DNA of 64,000 nt from assembly GCF_044324785.1 (NCBI RefSeq), contig NZ_CP172127.1, one strand, 5' to 3'. The DNA is from Escherichia coli. GTDB taxonomy: Bacteria > Pseudomonadota > Gammaproteobacteria > Enterobacterales > Enterobacteriaceae. The position numbers and the translations under genes are program-made. The notes under the pieces are model-generated. The model ran no database searches and had not been told where the DNA came from. It saw only the letters and a list, made by a program, of their open reading frames with translations. Below are positions 24,606 to 35,966 of the stretch, one piece after another (position 1 is the stretch's first letter; each line of letters begins with the position of its first letter).

Positions 24606-27350
24606 GTGAATTTAACCCTGACCCGAAGACTCTGGATGGGCTTTGCCCTGATGGCGCTGTTAACCCTGACCAGTACCCTGGTGGGATGGTACAACCTGCG
24701 CTTTATCAGCCAGGTGGAAAAAGACAACACTCAGGCATTGATTCCTACCATGAATATGGCGCGCCAGTTGAGCGAAGCCAGCGCCTGGGAACTTTTCGCC
24801 GCGCAGAACCTGACCAGTGCCGATAACGAAAAGATGTGGCAGGCGCAGGGGCGAATGCTCACCGCACAAAGCCTGAAGATTAATGCGTTGCTGCAAGCGT
24901 TACGGGAACAAGGTTTTGATACCACCGCTATTGAACAACAGGAGCAGGAGATCTCCCGTTCGTTACGTCAGCAAGGGGAACTGGTGGGACAGCGTTTGCA
25001 ACTGCGCCAGCAACAACAGCAACTCAGTCAGCAGATAGTCGCCGCCGCCGATGAAATCGCACGCCTGGCGCAAGGTCAGGCGAATAATGCGGCAACCTCC
25101 GCCGGAGCGACCCAGGCCGGGATTTACGATTTGATCGAACAACATCAGCGTCAGGCCGCAGAAAGTGCACTCGATCGGCTGATTGATATCGATCTTGAGT
25201 ATGTTAACCAGATGAATGAACTGCGCCTTAGCGCCCTGCGGGTGCAGCAAATGGTGATGAATCTGGGGCTGGAACAGATCCAGAAAAATGCGCCAACGCT
25301 GGAAAAGCAGCTCAATAATGCGGTGAAAATTCTGCAACGTCGGCAAATACGCATTGAAGATCCGGGAGTTCGTGCTCAGGTCGCAACAACGTTAACTACC
25401 GTTAGCCAATATAACGATTTGCTGGCGCTGTATCAGCAGGACAGTGAAATCAGCAATCGCCTGCAAACTCTCGCCCAAAATAACATCGCCCAGTTCGCGC
25501 AGTTTAGTAGCGAAGTCAGTCAGCTGGTCGACACTATTGAGCTGCGCAATCAGCACGGGCTGGCACATCTGGAAAAAGCCAGTGCACGCGGGCAATACAG
25601 CCTGTTATTACTGGGGATAGTTTCACTTTGTGCATTGATTCTGATCCTCTGGCGCGTGGTTTATCGCTCAGTCACGCGTCCACTTGCCGAACAAACGCAG
25701 GCGCTGCAACGCTTACTGGACGGTGATATCGACTCCCCTTTCCCGGAAACCGCTGGCGTACGGGAACTGGATACCATCGGGCGGCTGATGGATGCGTTTC
25801 GCAGCAGTGTTCATGCACTGAATCGCCACCGCGAACAGCTGGCGGCGCAGGTCAAAGCGCGTACAGCTGAATTGCAGGAACTGGTGATAGAACACCGACA
25901 GGCACGGGCGGAAGCAGAAAAAGCCAGCCAGGCAAAATCGGCGTTTCTGGCGGCGATGAGCCATGAGATCCGCACACCGCTGTACGGTATTCTCGGCACC
26001 GCACAGCTGCTGGCAGATAACCCCGCACTTAACGCCCAGCGCGATGATTTGCGGGCGATTACCGACTCTGGTGAATCGTTGCTGACCATCCTCAACGATA
26101 TTCTCGATTATTCGGCTATCGAAGCAGGCGGCAAGAATGTTTCGGTCAGCGATGAACCCTTTGAACCGCGACCGCTGCTGGAAAGTACCCTGCAATTAAT
26201 GAGTGGACGGGTGAAAGGTCGCCCGATTCGCCTGGCAACGGCAATTGCCGACGATGTACCGACTGCGTTAATGGGCGATCCGCGGCGTATTCGTCAGGTC
26301 ATTACCAACCTGTTGAGCAACGCCCTGCGTTTTACTGACGAAGGGCAGATCGTTTTACGTAGCCGTACTGATGGTGAGCAATGGCTGGTCGAAGTGGAAG
26401 ACAGCGGCTGCGGTATTGATCCCGCGAAACTGGCAGAAATCTTCCAGCCATTTATTCAGGTAAGTGGCAAACGCGGCGGCACCGGGCTGGGGCTGACTAT
26501 CAGTAGCCGTCTGGCCCAGGCGATGAGCGGCGAACTGAGCGCCACCAGCACGCCGGAGGTTGGAAGCTGTTTTTGTTTACGCTTGCCGTTACGTGTTGCC
26601 ACTGCACCCGTGCCAAAAACAGTCAATCAGGCGGTGCATCTGGACGGTTTACGTTTGCTGTTAATTGAAGATAACCCGCTAACCCAGCGAATTACCGTTG
26701 AGATGCTGAACAACAGTGGTGCGCAGGTCGTTGCTGTTGGCAATGCCGCGCACGCGATAGAGACGTTGCAAAATAGCGAACCGTTTGCTGCCGCACTGGT
26801 GGATTTTGATCTGCCGGATATCGACGGTATTACCCTTGCCCGACAACTGGTACAGCAATATCCGTCGCTGGTTTTGATTGGCTTTAGCGCCCATGTCATC
26901 GACGAAACGTTGCGCCAGCGTACCAGTTCGCTATTTCGCGGGATTATCCCTAAACCGGTGCCGCGTGAAGTGCTCGGTCAGTTACTGGCGCACTATCTCC
27001 AACTGCAAGTCAATAACGATCAACCGCTGGATGTATCGCAACTCAATGAAGATGCTCAGTTGATGGGGACGGAGAAGATCCACGAATGGCTGATATTATT
27101 TAAACAACATGCCCTGCCGCTTCTCGATGAAATCGACATTGCCCGCGCCAGTCAGGAAAGCGAGAAAATAAAGCGTGCCGCACATCAGCTAAAAAGCAGT
27201 TGCTCGAGTCTGGGAATGCGTAGCGCCAGCCAGCTTTGCGCACAACTGGAGCAGCAGCCATTATCTGCCCCCCTTCCACACGAAGAAATTACACGCAGTG
27301 TTGCCGCTCTGAAAGCATGGTTAAATAAGAAAGACCTGAACGCGATTTGA
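24606..27350 (+). CDS. torS: Hybrid sensor kinase TorS, 914 aa, GTG start
   Basis: ORF 24378..27350 trimmed to the GTG at 24606 ([16 protein letters not shown]...); H-box SHEIRTP, receiver and HPt domains. Confidence 0.85.
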   Translation: MNLTLTRRLWMGFALMALLTLTSTLVGWYNLRFISQVEKDNTQALIPTMNMARQLSEASAWELFAAQNLTSADNEKMWQAQGRMLTAQSLKINALLQALREQGFDTTAIEQQEQEISRSLRQQGELVGQRLQLRQQQQQLSQQIVAAADEIARLAQGQANNAATSAGATQAGIYDLIEQHQRQAAESALDRLIDIDLEYVNQMNELRLSALRVQQMVMNLGLEQIQKNAPTLEKQLNNAVKILQRRQIRIEDPGVRAQVATTLTTVSQYNDLLALYQQDSEISNRLQTLAQNNIAQFAQFSSEVSQLVDTIELRNQHGLAHLEKASARGQYSLLLLGIVSLCALILILWRVVYRSVTRPLAEQTQALQRLLDGDIDSPFPETAGVRELDTIGRLMDAFRSSVHALNRHREQLAAQVKARTAELQELVIEHRQARAEAEKASQAKSAFLAAMSHEIRTPLYGILGTAQLLADNPALNAQRDDLRAITDSGESLLTILNDILDYSAIEAGGKNVSVSDEPFEPRPLLESTLQLMSGRVKGRPIRLATAIADDVPTALMGDPRRIRQVITNLLSNALRFTDEGQIVLRSRTDGEQWLVEVEDSGCGIDPAKLAEIFQPFIQVSGKRGGTGLGLTISSRLAQAMSGELSATSTPEVGSCFCLRLPLRVATAPVPKTVNQAVHLDGLRLLLIEDNPLTQRITVEMLNNSGAQVVAVGNAAHAIETLQNSEPFAAALVDFDLPDIDGITLARQLVQQYPSLVLIGFSAHVIDETLRQRTSSLFRGIIPKPVPREVLGQLLAHYLQLQVNNDQPLDVSQLNEDAQLMGTEKIHEWLILFKQHALPLLDEIDIARASQESEKIKRAAHQLKSSCSSLGMRSASQLCAQLEQQPLSAPLPHEEITRSVAALKAWLNKKDLNAI

Positions 27351-27421
27351 ATCAATATCAGCCAGTTAAGAACAACTAGAATAATGGCATTTGGTATGCA
27401 ACTTAACGGACTGGCAAAATC

Positions 27422-28495
27422 ATGACAGAGAAAAGAAGAACCCGCTGGCAGCGGCGGCCAGGCACGACGGGCGGCAAATTACCGTGGAATGACTGGCGCA
27501 ATGCCACGACCTGGCGTAAAGCGACGCAATTATTACTGTTGGCAATTAATATTTATATTGCCATCACGTTCTGGTATTGGGTGCGCTATTACGAAACGGC
27601 AGGTAGTACGACATTTGTCGCCAGGCCAGGAGGCATCGAAGGCTGGCTACCGATTGCCGGTCTGATGAATCTGAAATATAGCCTTGCAATAGGCCAGTTA
27701 CCGTCCGTCCACGCCGCCGCGATGCTGTTATTGGTCGCTTTTATCGTCATCAGTCTATTACTAAAAAAGGCCTTTTGTTCATGGTTATGCCCGGTTGGTA
27801 CGCTTTCTGAATTAATCGGCGATCTCGGTAACAAACTGTTTGGTCGGCAATGTGTCCTTCCCCGCTGGCTGGATATTCCCCTGCGCGGCGTGAAGTATTT
27901 GCTGTTGAGTTTTTTTCTCTATATCGCGTTATTGATGCCCGCTCAGGCGATTCACTATTTTATGTTGTCGCCCTACAGCGTGGTGATGGACGTTAAAATG
28001 CTCGATTTCTTTCGTCATATGGGGACCGCGACATTAATCAGCGTGACCGTTTTGCTGATTGCCAGCCTGTTTATTCGCCATGCCTGGTGTCGTTATCTTT
28101 GCCCATATGGCGCGCTGATGGGCGTGATTTCGCTATTATCGCCGTTTAAGATTCGTCGCAATGCCGAAAGTTGTATCGACTGTGGCAAATGCGCAAAAAA
28201 TTGCCCATCACGGATCCCGGTCGATAAATTAATTCAGGTACGAACAGTGGAATGTACCGGCTGTATGACTTGCGTAGAGTCATGTCCGGTAGCCTCAACA
28301 TTGACCTTTTCACTGCAAAAACCTGCAGCAAATAAAAAAGCCTTTGCGTTGTCTGGCTGGTTAATGACGCTACTGGTTCTGGGGATTATGTTTGCGGTGA
28401 TTGGTTACGCAATGTATGCGGGAGTATGGCAAAGCCCGGTGCCGGAGGAATTGTACCGACGCTTAATTCCGCAAGCGCCAATGATTGGTCACTAA
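27422..28495 (+). CDS. yccM: Membrane polyferredoxin YccM (NapH/MauN-like), 357 aa
   Basis: Two CxxxCP and two CxxCxxCxxxCP motifs plus transmembrane segments. Confidence 0.85.
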   Translation: MTEKRRTRWQRRPGTTGGKLPWNDWRNATTWRKATQLLLLAINIYIAITFWYWVRYYETAGSTTFVARPGGIEGWLPIAGLMNLKYSLAIGQLPSVHAAAMLLLVAFIVISLLLKKAFCSWLCPVGTLSELIGDLGNKLFGRQCVLPRWLDIPLRGVKYLLLSFFLYIALLMPAQAIHYFMLSPYSVVMDVKMLDFFRHMGTATLISVTVLLIASLFIRHAWCRYLCPYGALMGVISLLSPFKIRRNAESCIDCGKCAKNCPSRIPVDKLIQVRTVECTGCMTCVESCPVASTLTFSLQKPAANKKAFALSGWLMTLLVLGIMFAVIGYAMYAGVWQSPVPEELYRRLIPQAPMIGH

Positions 28496-28509
28496 ATTAG
28501 CAACAAGCG

Positions 28510-28537
28510 GAACATCACCTCGCACGGGGTGATGTTC
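28510..28537. terminator. Hairpin GAACATCACC-N8-GGTGATGTTC between convergent yccM and gnsA
   Basis: 10-bp perfect inverted repeat; no clean T-run. Confidence 0.4.
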
Positions 28538-28543
28538 ACAAAA

Positions 28544-28717
28544 TCACATTATTTTGATTTTGACATCATAACTTTCAAGCCCGGTCATTTTTTCTCGTGC
28601 GGTGAAGCGAATTTCAGAGACTTCTTTCCCTGTATTCTTGTTCAGCTCGGCGATTTTTTGCGCGATAAAGTCGGCGATTTCCGTTTCGGCTTGTTTTTTT
28701 AACTCTTCAATATTCAC
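28544..28717 (-). CDS. gnsA: GnsA (secG-null suppressor), 57 aa, GTG start
   Basis: Hand-translated from the minus strand: VNIEELKKQAETEIADFIAQKIAELNKNTGKEVSEIRFTAREKMTGLESYDVKIKIM; below the ORF-track length cut-off. Confidence 0.8.
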   Translation of the reverse strand: MNIEELKKQAETEIADFIAQKIAELNKNTGKEVSEIRFTAREKMTGLESYDVKIKIM

Positions 28718-28937
28718 TGTTAACCTCTTCTGGTCTTAAAAGACAGCAACACGCCAGTAAGGTGTTGGTTCCCGGTACCCTGGTCAGGTAAGAAATGTTA
28801 TAAGCCATCTCCCCGAAAGATTCAATAATCAACAGGTTATCGCTTACTATACATACAGCGTTGAAGAAAAATAAGGCAGATATAAAAAAGGCTCCACGAG
28901 GGAGCCTGATATTATTTTGTGAAATCCAGCGGCGCAT
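28707..28937 (-). CDS. ymcE: Small protein YmcE (Sfa), 76 aa
   Basis: ORF 28707..28970 trimmed to MRRWISQNNIRLPRGAFF...; 3' end overlaps the gnsA start by 11 bp. Confidence 0.65.
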   Translation of the reverse strand: MRRWISQNNIRLPRGAFFISALFFFNAVCIVSDNLLIIESFGEMAYNISYLTRVPGTNTLLACCCLLRPEEVNSEY

Positions 28938-29110
28938 GGTCAGTGCGTATTTGCAGCGCGACGTTATCAAAGGTGATCATCGTCGATTTACAAAAAATAC
29001 ACTTAGCGCCCAAAGGGTTTCGCTCCGTCACATCGAATGCCGATGTGCGGTACTGTGAACCATGACAACATGGACAGCGGAAATGGAGATGTTGAGTAAT
29101 AACGGCAACC

Positions 29111-29323
29111 TTAGAGCGTAACAACGTTCGCTGCCGCGGGACCACGTTGCCCCTGCTCAATAGAAAATTCAACTTTCTGATTTTCGTTCAGCGTGCGGAA
29201 TTCATTGCTCTGGATGGCGGTGAAATGGACGAAAACGTCTTTGCTGCCATCATCAGGAGTGATAAAGCCAAAACCTTTATCTGCGTTAAACCATTTTACT
29301 AAACCAGTCATTTTATTAGACAT
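29111..29323 (-). CDS. cspG: Cold-shock protein CspG, 70 aa
   Basis: Cold-shock domain with RNP motifs KGFGFI and VFVHF. Confidence 0.92.
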   Translation of the reverse strand: MSNKMTGLVKWFNADKGFGFITPDDGSKDVFVHFTAIQSNEFRTLNENQKVEFSIEQGQRGPAAANVVTL

Positions 29324-29608
29324 ATTTTACTTCCTTCATTTTGGGCCTTTCGGCAAACAGGGCTTTAATACAGAAACTACTTAGTGTTCAGGAGAGAGAC
29401 TCAAAAGAAGGGGATAATGCCTGATAATGAGAACTGCTTTAGTAAACTACTTTGTATGCTGTCTGTCTTTCAAACCGACGCAGCTATTAACGCATGATAA
29501 TTGAGATTAAGCAAATTTTATTTTAGCCGTCCGGCGGTCTTAAATATCGCTGGCTTTATTTTATTAACCCCGTATAGTGCAGCGCAGTATTTTCAGTAAG
29601 GAATTTGT

Positions 29609-29821
29609 TTGTCCCGTAAAATGACAGGAATTGTCAAAACCTTTGATCGCAAAAGCGGCAAAGGATTCATTATCCCCTCCGACGGTCGTAAAGAAGTCCA
29701 GGTCCATATTTCCGCATTCACTCCCCGCGACGCAGAAGTGCTTATACCAGGATTACGCGTGGAATTTTGCCGCGTAAATGGCCTGCGAGGACCAACAGCG
29801 GCAAATGTTTATTTGTCTTGA
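29609..29821 (+). CDS. cspH: Cold-shock-like protein CspH, 70 aa
   Basis: Csp-fold translation [37 protein letters not shown]...; divergent from cspG. Confidence 0.85.
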
Positions 29822-31119
29822 TGGAGAGCGCACGCCGGTATGCGTGCTTCATTCACGATTTGCGTAAAACCGGCCAACGAACACATGCCCTGCGCGTTTC
29901 GCTCTTCACATCCTGCCAGGGTCAGTTTCACCTCTCCGGGCGGCGTATTTAATGATAGCGGCGTTTTATCACGCATCTGCTGTAAAGTCTGGAAGACCAG
30001 CGAAACCTGAATCCAATGGCTGTTATCGCTTAGCCGACGCCAGCGTTCAAACACCAGTTCACCACCTGGCGGTGTGTTATCCGGCTGACCTGGAAGCGTC
30101 CAGTTGAGCTCCAGTGCGCCGCCGAGATTTGCCAGATTAGTATCGTGTCCGGCAATAAACAGCACTGAAGTGGGTAATGTCACACCATACGCCTGTTTTT
30201 GCGGTGGATGGGGCGTCAACGCTGCCATGATCAAATCCAACAACGGGGTGGCGCGGCTGCGGGCAACCTCTGGCGTGCGTTGTAGCAAATAAAACTGCGC
30301 GTTATGCAAACTTAGCAAGGTGTTCCACTGGTGTGAATCGGTAATCCTTCCCCACCCCGGCTCCGGCATTCCCTGTGCCTGTTGCAGGAGAAATATCTCC
30401 GTCAGCATTGACGCGAGGCTTACCGCACCGGTTAATGAGACATTGTCGGCGCTCACCTTGAGTTCCGATGGTAATGCCTGCGTTAATGAACAGCTTTCGT
30501 CCTGTTTCTCACGGTTAAGGCACAAGTTTGATTGCGGAAAATTAAGCACTCGTTCCAGTTCGCGAAACGCCGTTTGCCGATGCCCGGTAAAGTCAGCAAT
30601 TGACCCTCCTGCCCTGCTGAGGATCGCGTCAGTCACGTTCGCGTTATCCAGTTGGCAAACGCCAGTTTTTAGAGGATTAAATAACGGATCGGGACTGGAC
30701 GTATCTGCCTGGGCATGTACGGTTATTGCACAGTCAGGTGCCAGCCCGGCGGCGAAGGCTTCGCCTGTTTTACGGGTACGCTCGTCGACATCAGCAATAA
30801 TCGCGACCTGACCAGGCTGCGGGCAGCCCTTTTTCGCCAGCAATCCGTCAGCCACCAGACGCTGGCGTTGGTAATGTCCGAGATAGGCGATCAGCTCACC
30901 ACCGCGCGGTGTCAGCCAACCCAGTTTTACCGGCCAGGTTGGCCATGCGTCTGGGGTGACATCCTGCATCAGTTGCGTGGCCTTGGTTGGTGCACGCACA
31001 CCATGACGACTGACAATCACCACACTTTCCAGCTTCAGCTCCGGCTCACTCTGAGCGAATGCAGATTGCGGGGTGAACGGAATCAGAAGAGATAAGAATG
31101 GGATCAAGATCGCTTTCAT
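29809..31119 (-). CDS. appA: Periplasmic acid phosphatase / phytase AppA, with a variant C-terminus
   Basis: ORF 29809..31149 trimmed to [14 protein letters not shown]...; RHGVRAP motif; ends ...[10 protein letters not shown] where I recall ...IPACSL in K-12. Confidence 0.88.
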
Positions 31120-31158
31120 CGATATGTTTCCGCTTTTCATATCCGACATTATTGATTG

Positions 31159-31189
31159 CCTGATGCGACGCTAATGCGCCTCATCAGGC
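31159..31189. repeat. REP-like palindrome GCCTGATGCG...CCTCATCAGGC
   Basis: 8-bp inverted arms between appA and appX. Confidence 0.5.
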
Positions 31190-31198
31190 TTACGTTCG

Positions 31199-31291
31199 TT
31201 AACTTTTCAGACGCGGGTCCAGCCATACCAACACAAGGGTGGAGAGCGAACACATCAACAAAATGCCGACGAACCAAAGTAAATACCACAT
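31199..31291 (-). CDS. appX: Cytochrome bd-II accessory small subunit AppX (YccB), 30 aa
   Basis: Hand-translated: MWYLLWFVGILLMCSLSTLVLVWLDPRLKS, a single transmembrane helix, directly downstream of appB. Confidence 0.75.
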   Translation of the reverse strand: MWYLLWFVGILLMCSLSTLVLVWLDPRLKS

Positions 31292-31303
31292 TGTTCCTGC
31301 TCC

Positions 31304-32440
31304 TTAGTACAGCTCGTTTTCGTTACGGCGGAGAGTTTCTGTCGTCATGCGTCCCCACATTTTGTAGTAGCTCCAGAGAGTGTAGAGCAACACAATGGGC
31401 AAAAATATCAGCACGATTACCAACATAATGCTCAGCGTCAGCTGACTGGAAGTGCTGTCCCACAACGTCAGGCTGGAGATTGGACTCACGCTTGACGGCA
31501 TGACAAAGGGGAACAGCGTGATGCCTGCCGTGAAAATCACGCCAAATTGCATCAATGACGCCATCAAAAATCCCCAACCCGGGCGACCACGATAAATCGC
31601 CATCACCGTCAGCAATGGGCAGAAGAACCCCAGCAGCGGGAAGATCCACAAAACGGGCGACTCGACAAAATTATTCATCCAGGCACCAGGTAGCACTGCC
31701 ACCAGTTTCATTAACGGATTGGAAGGACCGTTAGCATCCTGGGCGAGCAGTACAAAGCCATCAATACCGACCCATAGCCAGTAACCCGCCAGCAAAAAGC
31801 ACAGCATCACCAACAGTGCAGCGCGTTTAGTCGCCAGCTGTGAACGCAGATGAATCACACCAACAGTTTTCAGTTGTAACCAGACGCCACCTTGCAAAAT
31901 CACCATCCCAAGGCTGAGCAATCCGCACAATAAAGGGAATGGCGTCAGCAGTTGCCAGAAGCTGCCGAGATACTCCACGCGTAATTGCGGTGTGAAGGCA
32001 AACGGCACGCCGAGCAGCAAGTTGCCGAAGGCAATACCGAAGACTACCGGCGGCACCAGACTGCCGATGACCAGTCCGGCATCCCACATTTTACGCCAGC
32101 GTGCATCGGCGATTTTTCCGCGATAATCAAAGGCCAGCGGGCGGAAGAACAGCGAGCACAGCACCAGAATCATCGCCACATAAAAGCCGGAAAACGCCGC
32201 TGCATAAACTCTGGGCCAGGCGGCAAATAATGCCCCACCTGCGAGGATCAACCAGACCTGATTGCCTTCCCAGTGCGCACCAACGCTATTAATCACTATC
32301 CGGCGTTCATCATCATCACGCGCCACCAGCGGCAGCAAACAGCCAATCCCCATGTCAAATCCGTCGGAGATCATAAAGACCACCAGGATCACGCCAATCA
32401 GCAGCCACCAGATGAAGCGCAATGTTTCATAATCAAACAT
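31304..32440 (-). CDS. appB: Cytochrome bd-II ubiquinol oxidase subunit II AppB, 378 aa
   Basis: CydB-like polytopic membrane protein, [17 protein letters not shown]... Confidence 0.95.
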   Translation of the reverse strand: MFDYETLRFIWWLLIGVILVVFMISDGFDMGIGCLLPLVARDDDERRIVINSVGAHWEGNQVWLILAGGALFAAWPRVYAAAFSGFYVAMILVLCSLFFRPLAFDYRGKIADARWRKMWDAGLVIGSLVPPVVFGIAFGNLLLGVPFAFTPQLRVEYLGSFWQLLTPFPLLCGLLSLGMVILQGGVWLQLKTVGVIHLRSQLATKRAALLVMLCFLLAGYWLWVGIDGFVLLAQDANGPSNPLMKLVAVLPGAWMNNFVESPVLWIFPLLGFFCPLLTVMAIYRGRPGWGFLMASLMQFGVIFTAGITLFPFVMPSSVSPISSLTLWDSTSSQLTLSIMLVIVLIFLPIVLLYTLWSYYKMWGRMTTETLRRNENELY

Positions 32441-32451
32441 GATTTTCTCCT

Positions 32452-33996
32452 TTACCCCTGTTGCTGCGTCGGTTGTTCACTCTGCATCGCGCTCGGCCCC
32501 AGACGGGCATATTTCTGCATCAGGTAGACTTCGGCGATTAAGAACAGGGTGTAAAGCCCTACGATCATGATCAGTGAGAAAGCCAGTTGTCCTGTGGTTA
32601 AGGCGGAGTGCGCGGAGTATGTCGGTAAGATGTCCTGTATCGCCCACGGCTGACGACCAAACTCGGTCATAAACCACCCGGCTTCAATCGCAATCCACGG
32701 CAGCGGCAAACTCCAGAGCGCCATTTTCAGCACCCAGCGATGCTGGTCGATTTTGCCACGCAGCGTCTGGACAAGCGCAATCAGCATCACCAGTAGCAGC
32801 AGAGAACCACAGCCCACCATGATGCGGAAACTCCAGAATACCGGCGCAACCTGAGGTATCGCGCCACGCATCGCCGCCTGGTACTGTGCAGCTGTGACAT
32901 GGTTCATATCCGGCGCATAGCGGGAGAGCAACATGCCGTAACCAAGGTCGCCTTCCAGCTCCCGGAATGCCTGCAACACATGCGGCTCTCGATTGCCTTG
33001 CGATATTTCCTGCATTAACAGCCAGGCCATACGTCCGCGTTGCAAGCGTGGGTAGGTTTCAGCCATCAAATTCTTCAGACCCGGCACGGGTTTATCTAAT
33101 GAGTGAGTGGCGAGGATCCCTAGCAGCGCGGGAATTTTGATGGCAAAGGCGTTACGCTCTTGATCCTGTTCCGGCCAGGCAACCACATGGAACGGTGCAG
33201 GTGCAGGTTCCGTTTGCCACTCCCCTTCCATCGCCGCCAGTTTTACCGGTTGTACTTGCGCGACTTCATACGCCGAACTGTCTCCGAGTTGCAGCGTACC
33301 GATAATCGCCAGAGTACCGAAGACGGAACCGATGGCAAACGAGCGTAATGCAACATCGCGCTCCCGTCCGCGCAGTAAATACCAGGCGCTGATCGCCATA
33401 ATAAACATGGCCCCGGTCACGTAGCCCGCCATTACGGTGTGTACAAATTTCACCTGGCTGACCGGGTTAAAGACCAGCTCGCTGAAGCTGGTCATTTCCA
33501 TGCGCAGGGTGTCGATATCAAAATGCGCACCGGTCGGGTATTGCATCCAACCGTTGGCATTCAATATCCACAATGCAGAGAGATTTGAACCGAACGCCAC
33601 CAGCCACGTCACCAGCAGGTGCTGGTATTTATTCAGCCGTTGCCAGCCGAAGAAGAACAGCCCGACAAAAGTGGATTCGAGGAAGAAGGCCATTAATGCT
33701 TCCATCGCCAGCGGTGCGCCAAAAATATCGCCCACATAGTTGGAATAGAATGACCAGTTAGTACCAAACTGAAACTCCATGGTCAGGCCGGTAGCCACGC
33801 CAAGAGCAAAGTTGATACCGAAGAGCTTACCCCAGAAGCGCGTCATATCGCGGTAGATTGTTTTGCCGGTGACCACGTAAATGGTTTCCATGATAGCCAG
33901 CAAAAAAATCAGCCCCAGGGTAAGGGGTACAAATAAAAAGTGATACAGCGCGGTCAGAGCAAACTGCCAGCGCGATAAATCAATGACATCCCACAT
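32452..33996 (-). CDS. appC: Cytochrome bd-II ubiquinol oxidase subunit I AppC, 514 aa
   Basis: ORF 32452..34002 trimmed by two codons to [16 protein letters not shown]... Confidence 0.9.
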   Translation of the reverse strand: MWDVIDLSRWQFALTALYHFLFVPLTLGLIFLLAIMETIYVVTGKTIYRDMTRFWGKLFGINFALGVATGLTMEFQFGTNWSFYSNYVGDIFGAPLAMEALMAFFLESTFVGLFFFGWQRLNKYQHLLVTWLVAFGSNLSALWILNANGWMQYPTGAHFDIDTLRMEMTSFSELVFNPVSQVKFVHTVMAGYVTGAMFIMAISAWYLLRGRERDVALRSFAIGSVFGTLAIIGTLQLGDSSAYEVAQVQPVKLAAMEGEWQTEPAPAPFHVVAWPEQDQERNAFAIKIPALLGILATHSLDKPVPGLKNLMAETYPRLQRGRMAWLLMQEISQGNREPHVLQAFRELEGDLGYGMLLSRYAPDMNHVTAAQYQAAMRGAIPQVAPVFWSFRIMVGCGSLLLLVMLIALVQTLRGKIDQHRWVLKMALWSLPLPWIAIEAGWFMTEFGRQPWAIQDILPTYSAHSALTTGQLAFSLIMIVGLYTLFLIAEVYLMQKYARLGPSAMQSEQPTQQQG

Positions 33997-34129
33997 GCGC
34001 ACTCCTGTAGGCGAAGAGAGAAAAATAACCCGTTAATGGTAGATCTCCCTCTTTATCCTGAAACTCTACGACCAGAGGTATTCGCCGATTGCGATATTCA
34101 TAAGCCTGAAAGCGATACTTACCGTCTTT

Positions 34130-34987
34130 TTACGACGGTGCCCCTTCCGCCAGCCACTGACATACCTCACTAAGCCGCTGCGCAGAGTCGACCAAATCTT
34201 CTGGCGCTGCCAGAACCACTTCCGGTATCGGGCAGATTTCATAACTTTCCAGTAACGGGCCTTTTAAGGTGTCCGTACAGCGTAAATGCCAGACATGGCG
34301 TAACCCCGTGGCGTTGATATAGCTCTCGCCATAGCCAATGGTACGAATCTGAATATTTCCCGGCCCACAGAGACGTGAGAGAAAAAGCCGATCAGCCTCG
34401 CTGATGGGTAATTGCGTCAGATTAATGCTGTGCGGCTGCGCGTCGGGGTTACGTACATGCGCCAGTAACTCATGCGCCAACGGTAGGCCATTCATCAGGC
34501 CATCAATGGGCGGCGGTAACAGCGAATCTGTCGGCAAGAGATTTTGCGTTGCCGCCTGCCACAACGCCAGCGGCGCGCAGCCAGCCTCCAGTTTGTCCTC
34601 CAGCAACTTTTCGCCGCGACGTCTGCGCACCCGCCATAATCCGCAGAAGATCGCCTCCTGTATTTCACTTTCACTGTCGTCAGCCTGCTGAATGCGCACT
34701 GACACTTCCCCTTCCCCGAGAAGCGTATTGATAAAGTGACGATCGTCGGCGTTGAGATTTAACAGATCGACTGCCAGCACCTCGCCCAACGGCGGCTGGC
34801 GTTCGCTTAGTTGATGTTGTAACTCGTTTAACAGCGCAATCACCTGCGGGCTGTGAGCACATTGCTCCAGGGCCGCCATACTCGGTTCATCATTCACCTG
34901 ACAGGTGATCGGCAGTGGATTCATGCTGAAACTGTCATCGTTCGGTTGCGTTCCTGGCCCCAGCAAATGGAAAAAAGTTTCGCTCAT
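34130..34987 (-). CDS. hyaF: Hydrogenase-1 operon protein HyaF, 285 aa
   Basis: ORF 34130..35047 trimmed to [12 protein letters not shown]...; start overlaps the hyaE stop. Confidence 0.88.
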   Translation of the reverse strand: MSETFFHLLGPGTQPNDDSFSMNPLPITCQVNDEPSMAALEQCAHSPQVIALLNELQHQLSERQPPLGEVLAVDLLNLNADDRHFINTLLGEGEVSVRIQQADDSESEIQEAIFCGLWRVRRRRGEKLLEDKLEAGCAPLALWQAATQNLLPTDSLLPPPIDGLMNGLPLAHELLAHVRNPDAQPHSINLTQLPISEADRLFLSRLCGPGNIQIRTIGYGESYINATGLRHVWHLRCTDTLKGPLLESYEICPIPEVVLAAPEDLVDSAQRLSEVCQWLAEGAPS

Positions 34988-35382
34988 GAGGCACGCTCCT
35001 GTTGTGGTTCGACAAGCCCACGCATCAGGTTTATCAGTTCCGCCCACGGGTGGATACCATTCAGCACGCCGCGATAATTACCGCTGGTAAATACTAATGT
35101 GGCGGGAAAGCGAAAGACGCCAAAGCGATCGCCGATGGCTTCGCTCTGCTCAAGGTCAGCTATCGCTACCTGCCATGTATAGTCGGGAAACTCGCGCAGT
35201 AATTCGCTAATCATTACCGGATTATCGCTGACCTCTGGCGTACGTTTCGGGTCACTGCTTAATAACACCACGCCGTCTGGCGCTTGCGTAAGCCAGTCGT
35301 CAAGACGGGATTCACTGACCGGCGTCCAGCCGCGCGCCAGCATTCGTTGCCACAACGCATCAAATGGCGTGTCGTTGCTCAT
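34984..35382 (-). CDS. hyaE: Hydrogenase-1 operon protein HyaE, 132 aa
   Basis: Full ORF; overlapping stop/start with neighbours. Confidence 0.9.
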   Translation of the reverse strand: MSNDTPFDALWQRMLARGWTPVSESRLDDWLTQAPDGVVLLSSDPKRTPEVSDNPVMISELLREFPDYTWQVAIADLEQSEAIGDRFGVFRFPATLVFTSGNYRGVLNGIHPWAELINLMRGLVEPQQERAS

Positions 35383-35966
35383 CTCTGCTCCTCCTGTGTC
35401 ATCCGGTACTGGCGCAAGCGAACGCCTTCGTAATTTTCCATCGACAGACAGTCATAATTGAGACAACGCGATTCATTAGCCGGTTGCGGCACAATTCCCC
35501 ACGCAGCCAGCTGCGCCAGCGCCGCCTGTTCCGCAGCGGGCAGTTGCTCCCGCGCCAGTTCGCTCAGGCTGCCGCCGTAGTCGTCGAGCATTGCGGGTTG
35601 CAGACCGACGAGGGCAATATGTGCTGGCAGATGTCCGCGGATATCTGCCAGCGCCAGCACTTCGGAGAAACTGTTCTGATGCAGGCTCATTTTCTTCGCG
35701 CTGAGATAAGCCGGAATGCGTTCTCCGGCATATGTTCGCAGCGTTCCGGGTTCCAGCCCGTAATCAATGGCATCGAGGATCAACAAGTGACTGGCGCTTT
35801 CGACATACCCCAGCAAGTTCAGTCCCTGAGTACCGCCATCGACAATCTCCACATCCTCGGGCCAGTGGTAATGGGCATACAGCCGTTCCGCCACCCGCAC
35901 GCCGAAGCCTTCATCGGCCCACAGCAGATTGCCCAGCCCCATTACCACCACGCGTTGATCGCTCAT
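35379..35966 (-). CDS. hyaD: Hydrogenase-1 maturation endopeptidase HyaD, 195 aa
   Basis: Full [25 protein letters not shown]... Confidence 0.9.
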   Translation of the reverse strand: MSDQRVVVMGLGNLLWADEGFGVRVAERLYAHYHWPEDVEIVDGGTQGLNLLGYVESASHLLILDAIDYGLEPGTLRTYAGERIPAYLSAKKMSLHQNSFSEVLALADIRGHLPAHIALVGLQPAMLDDYGGSLSELAREQLPAAEQAALAQLAAWGIVPQPANESRCLNYDCLSMENYEGVRLRQYRMTQEEQR

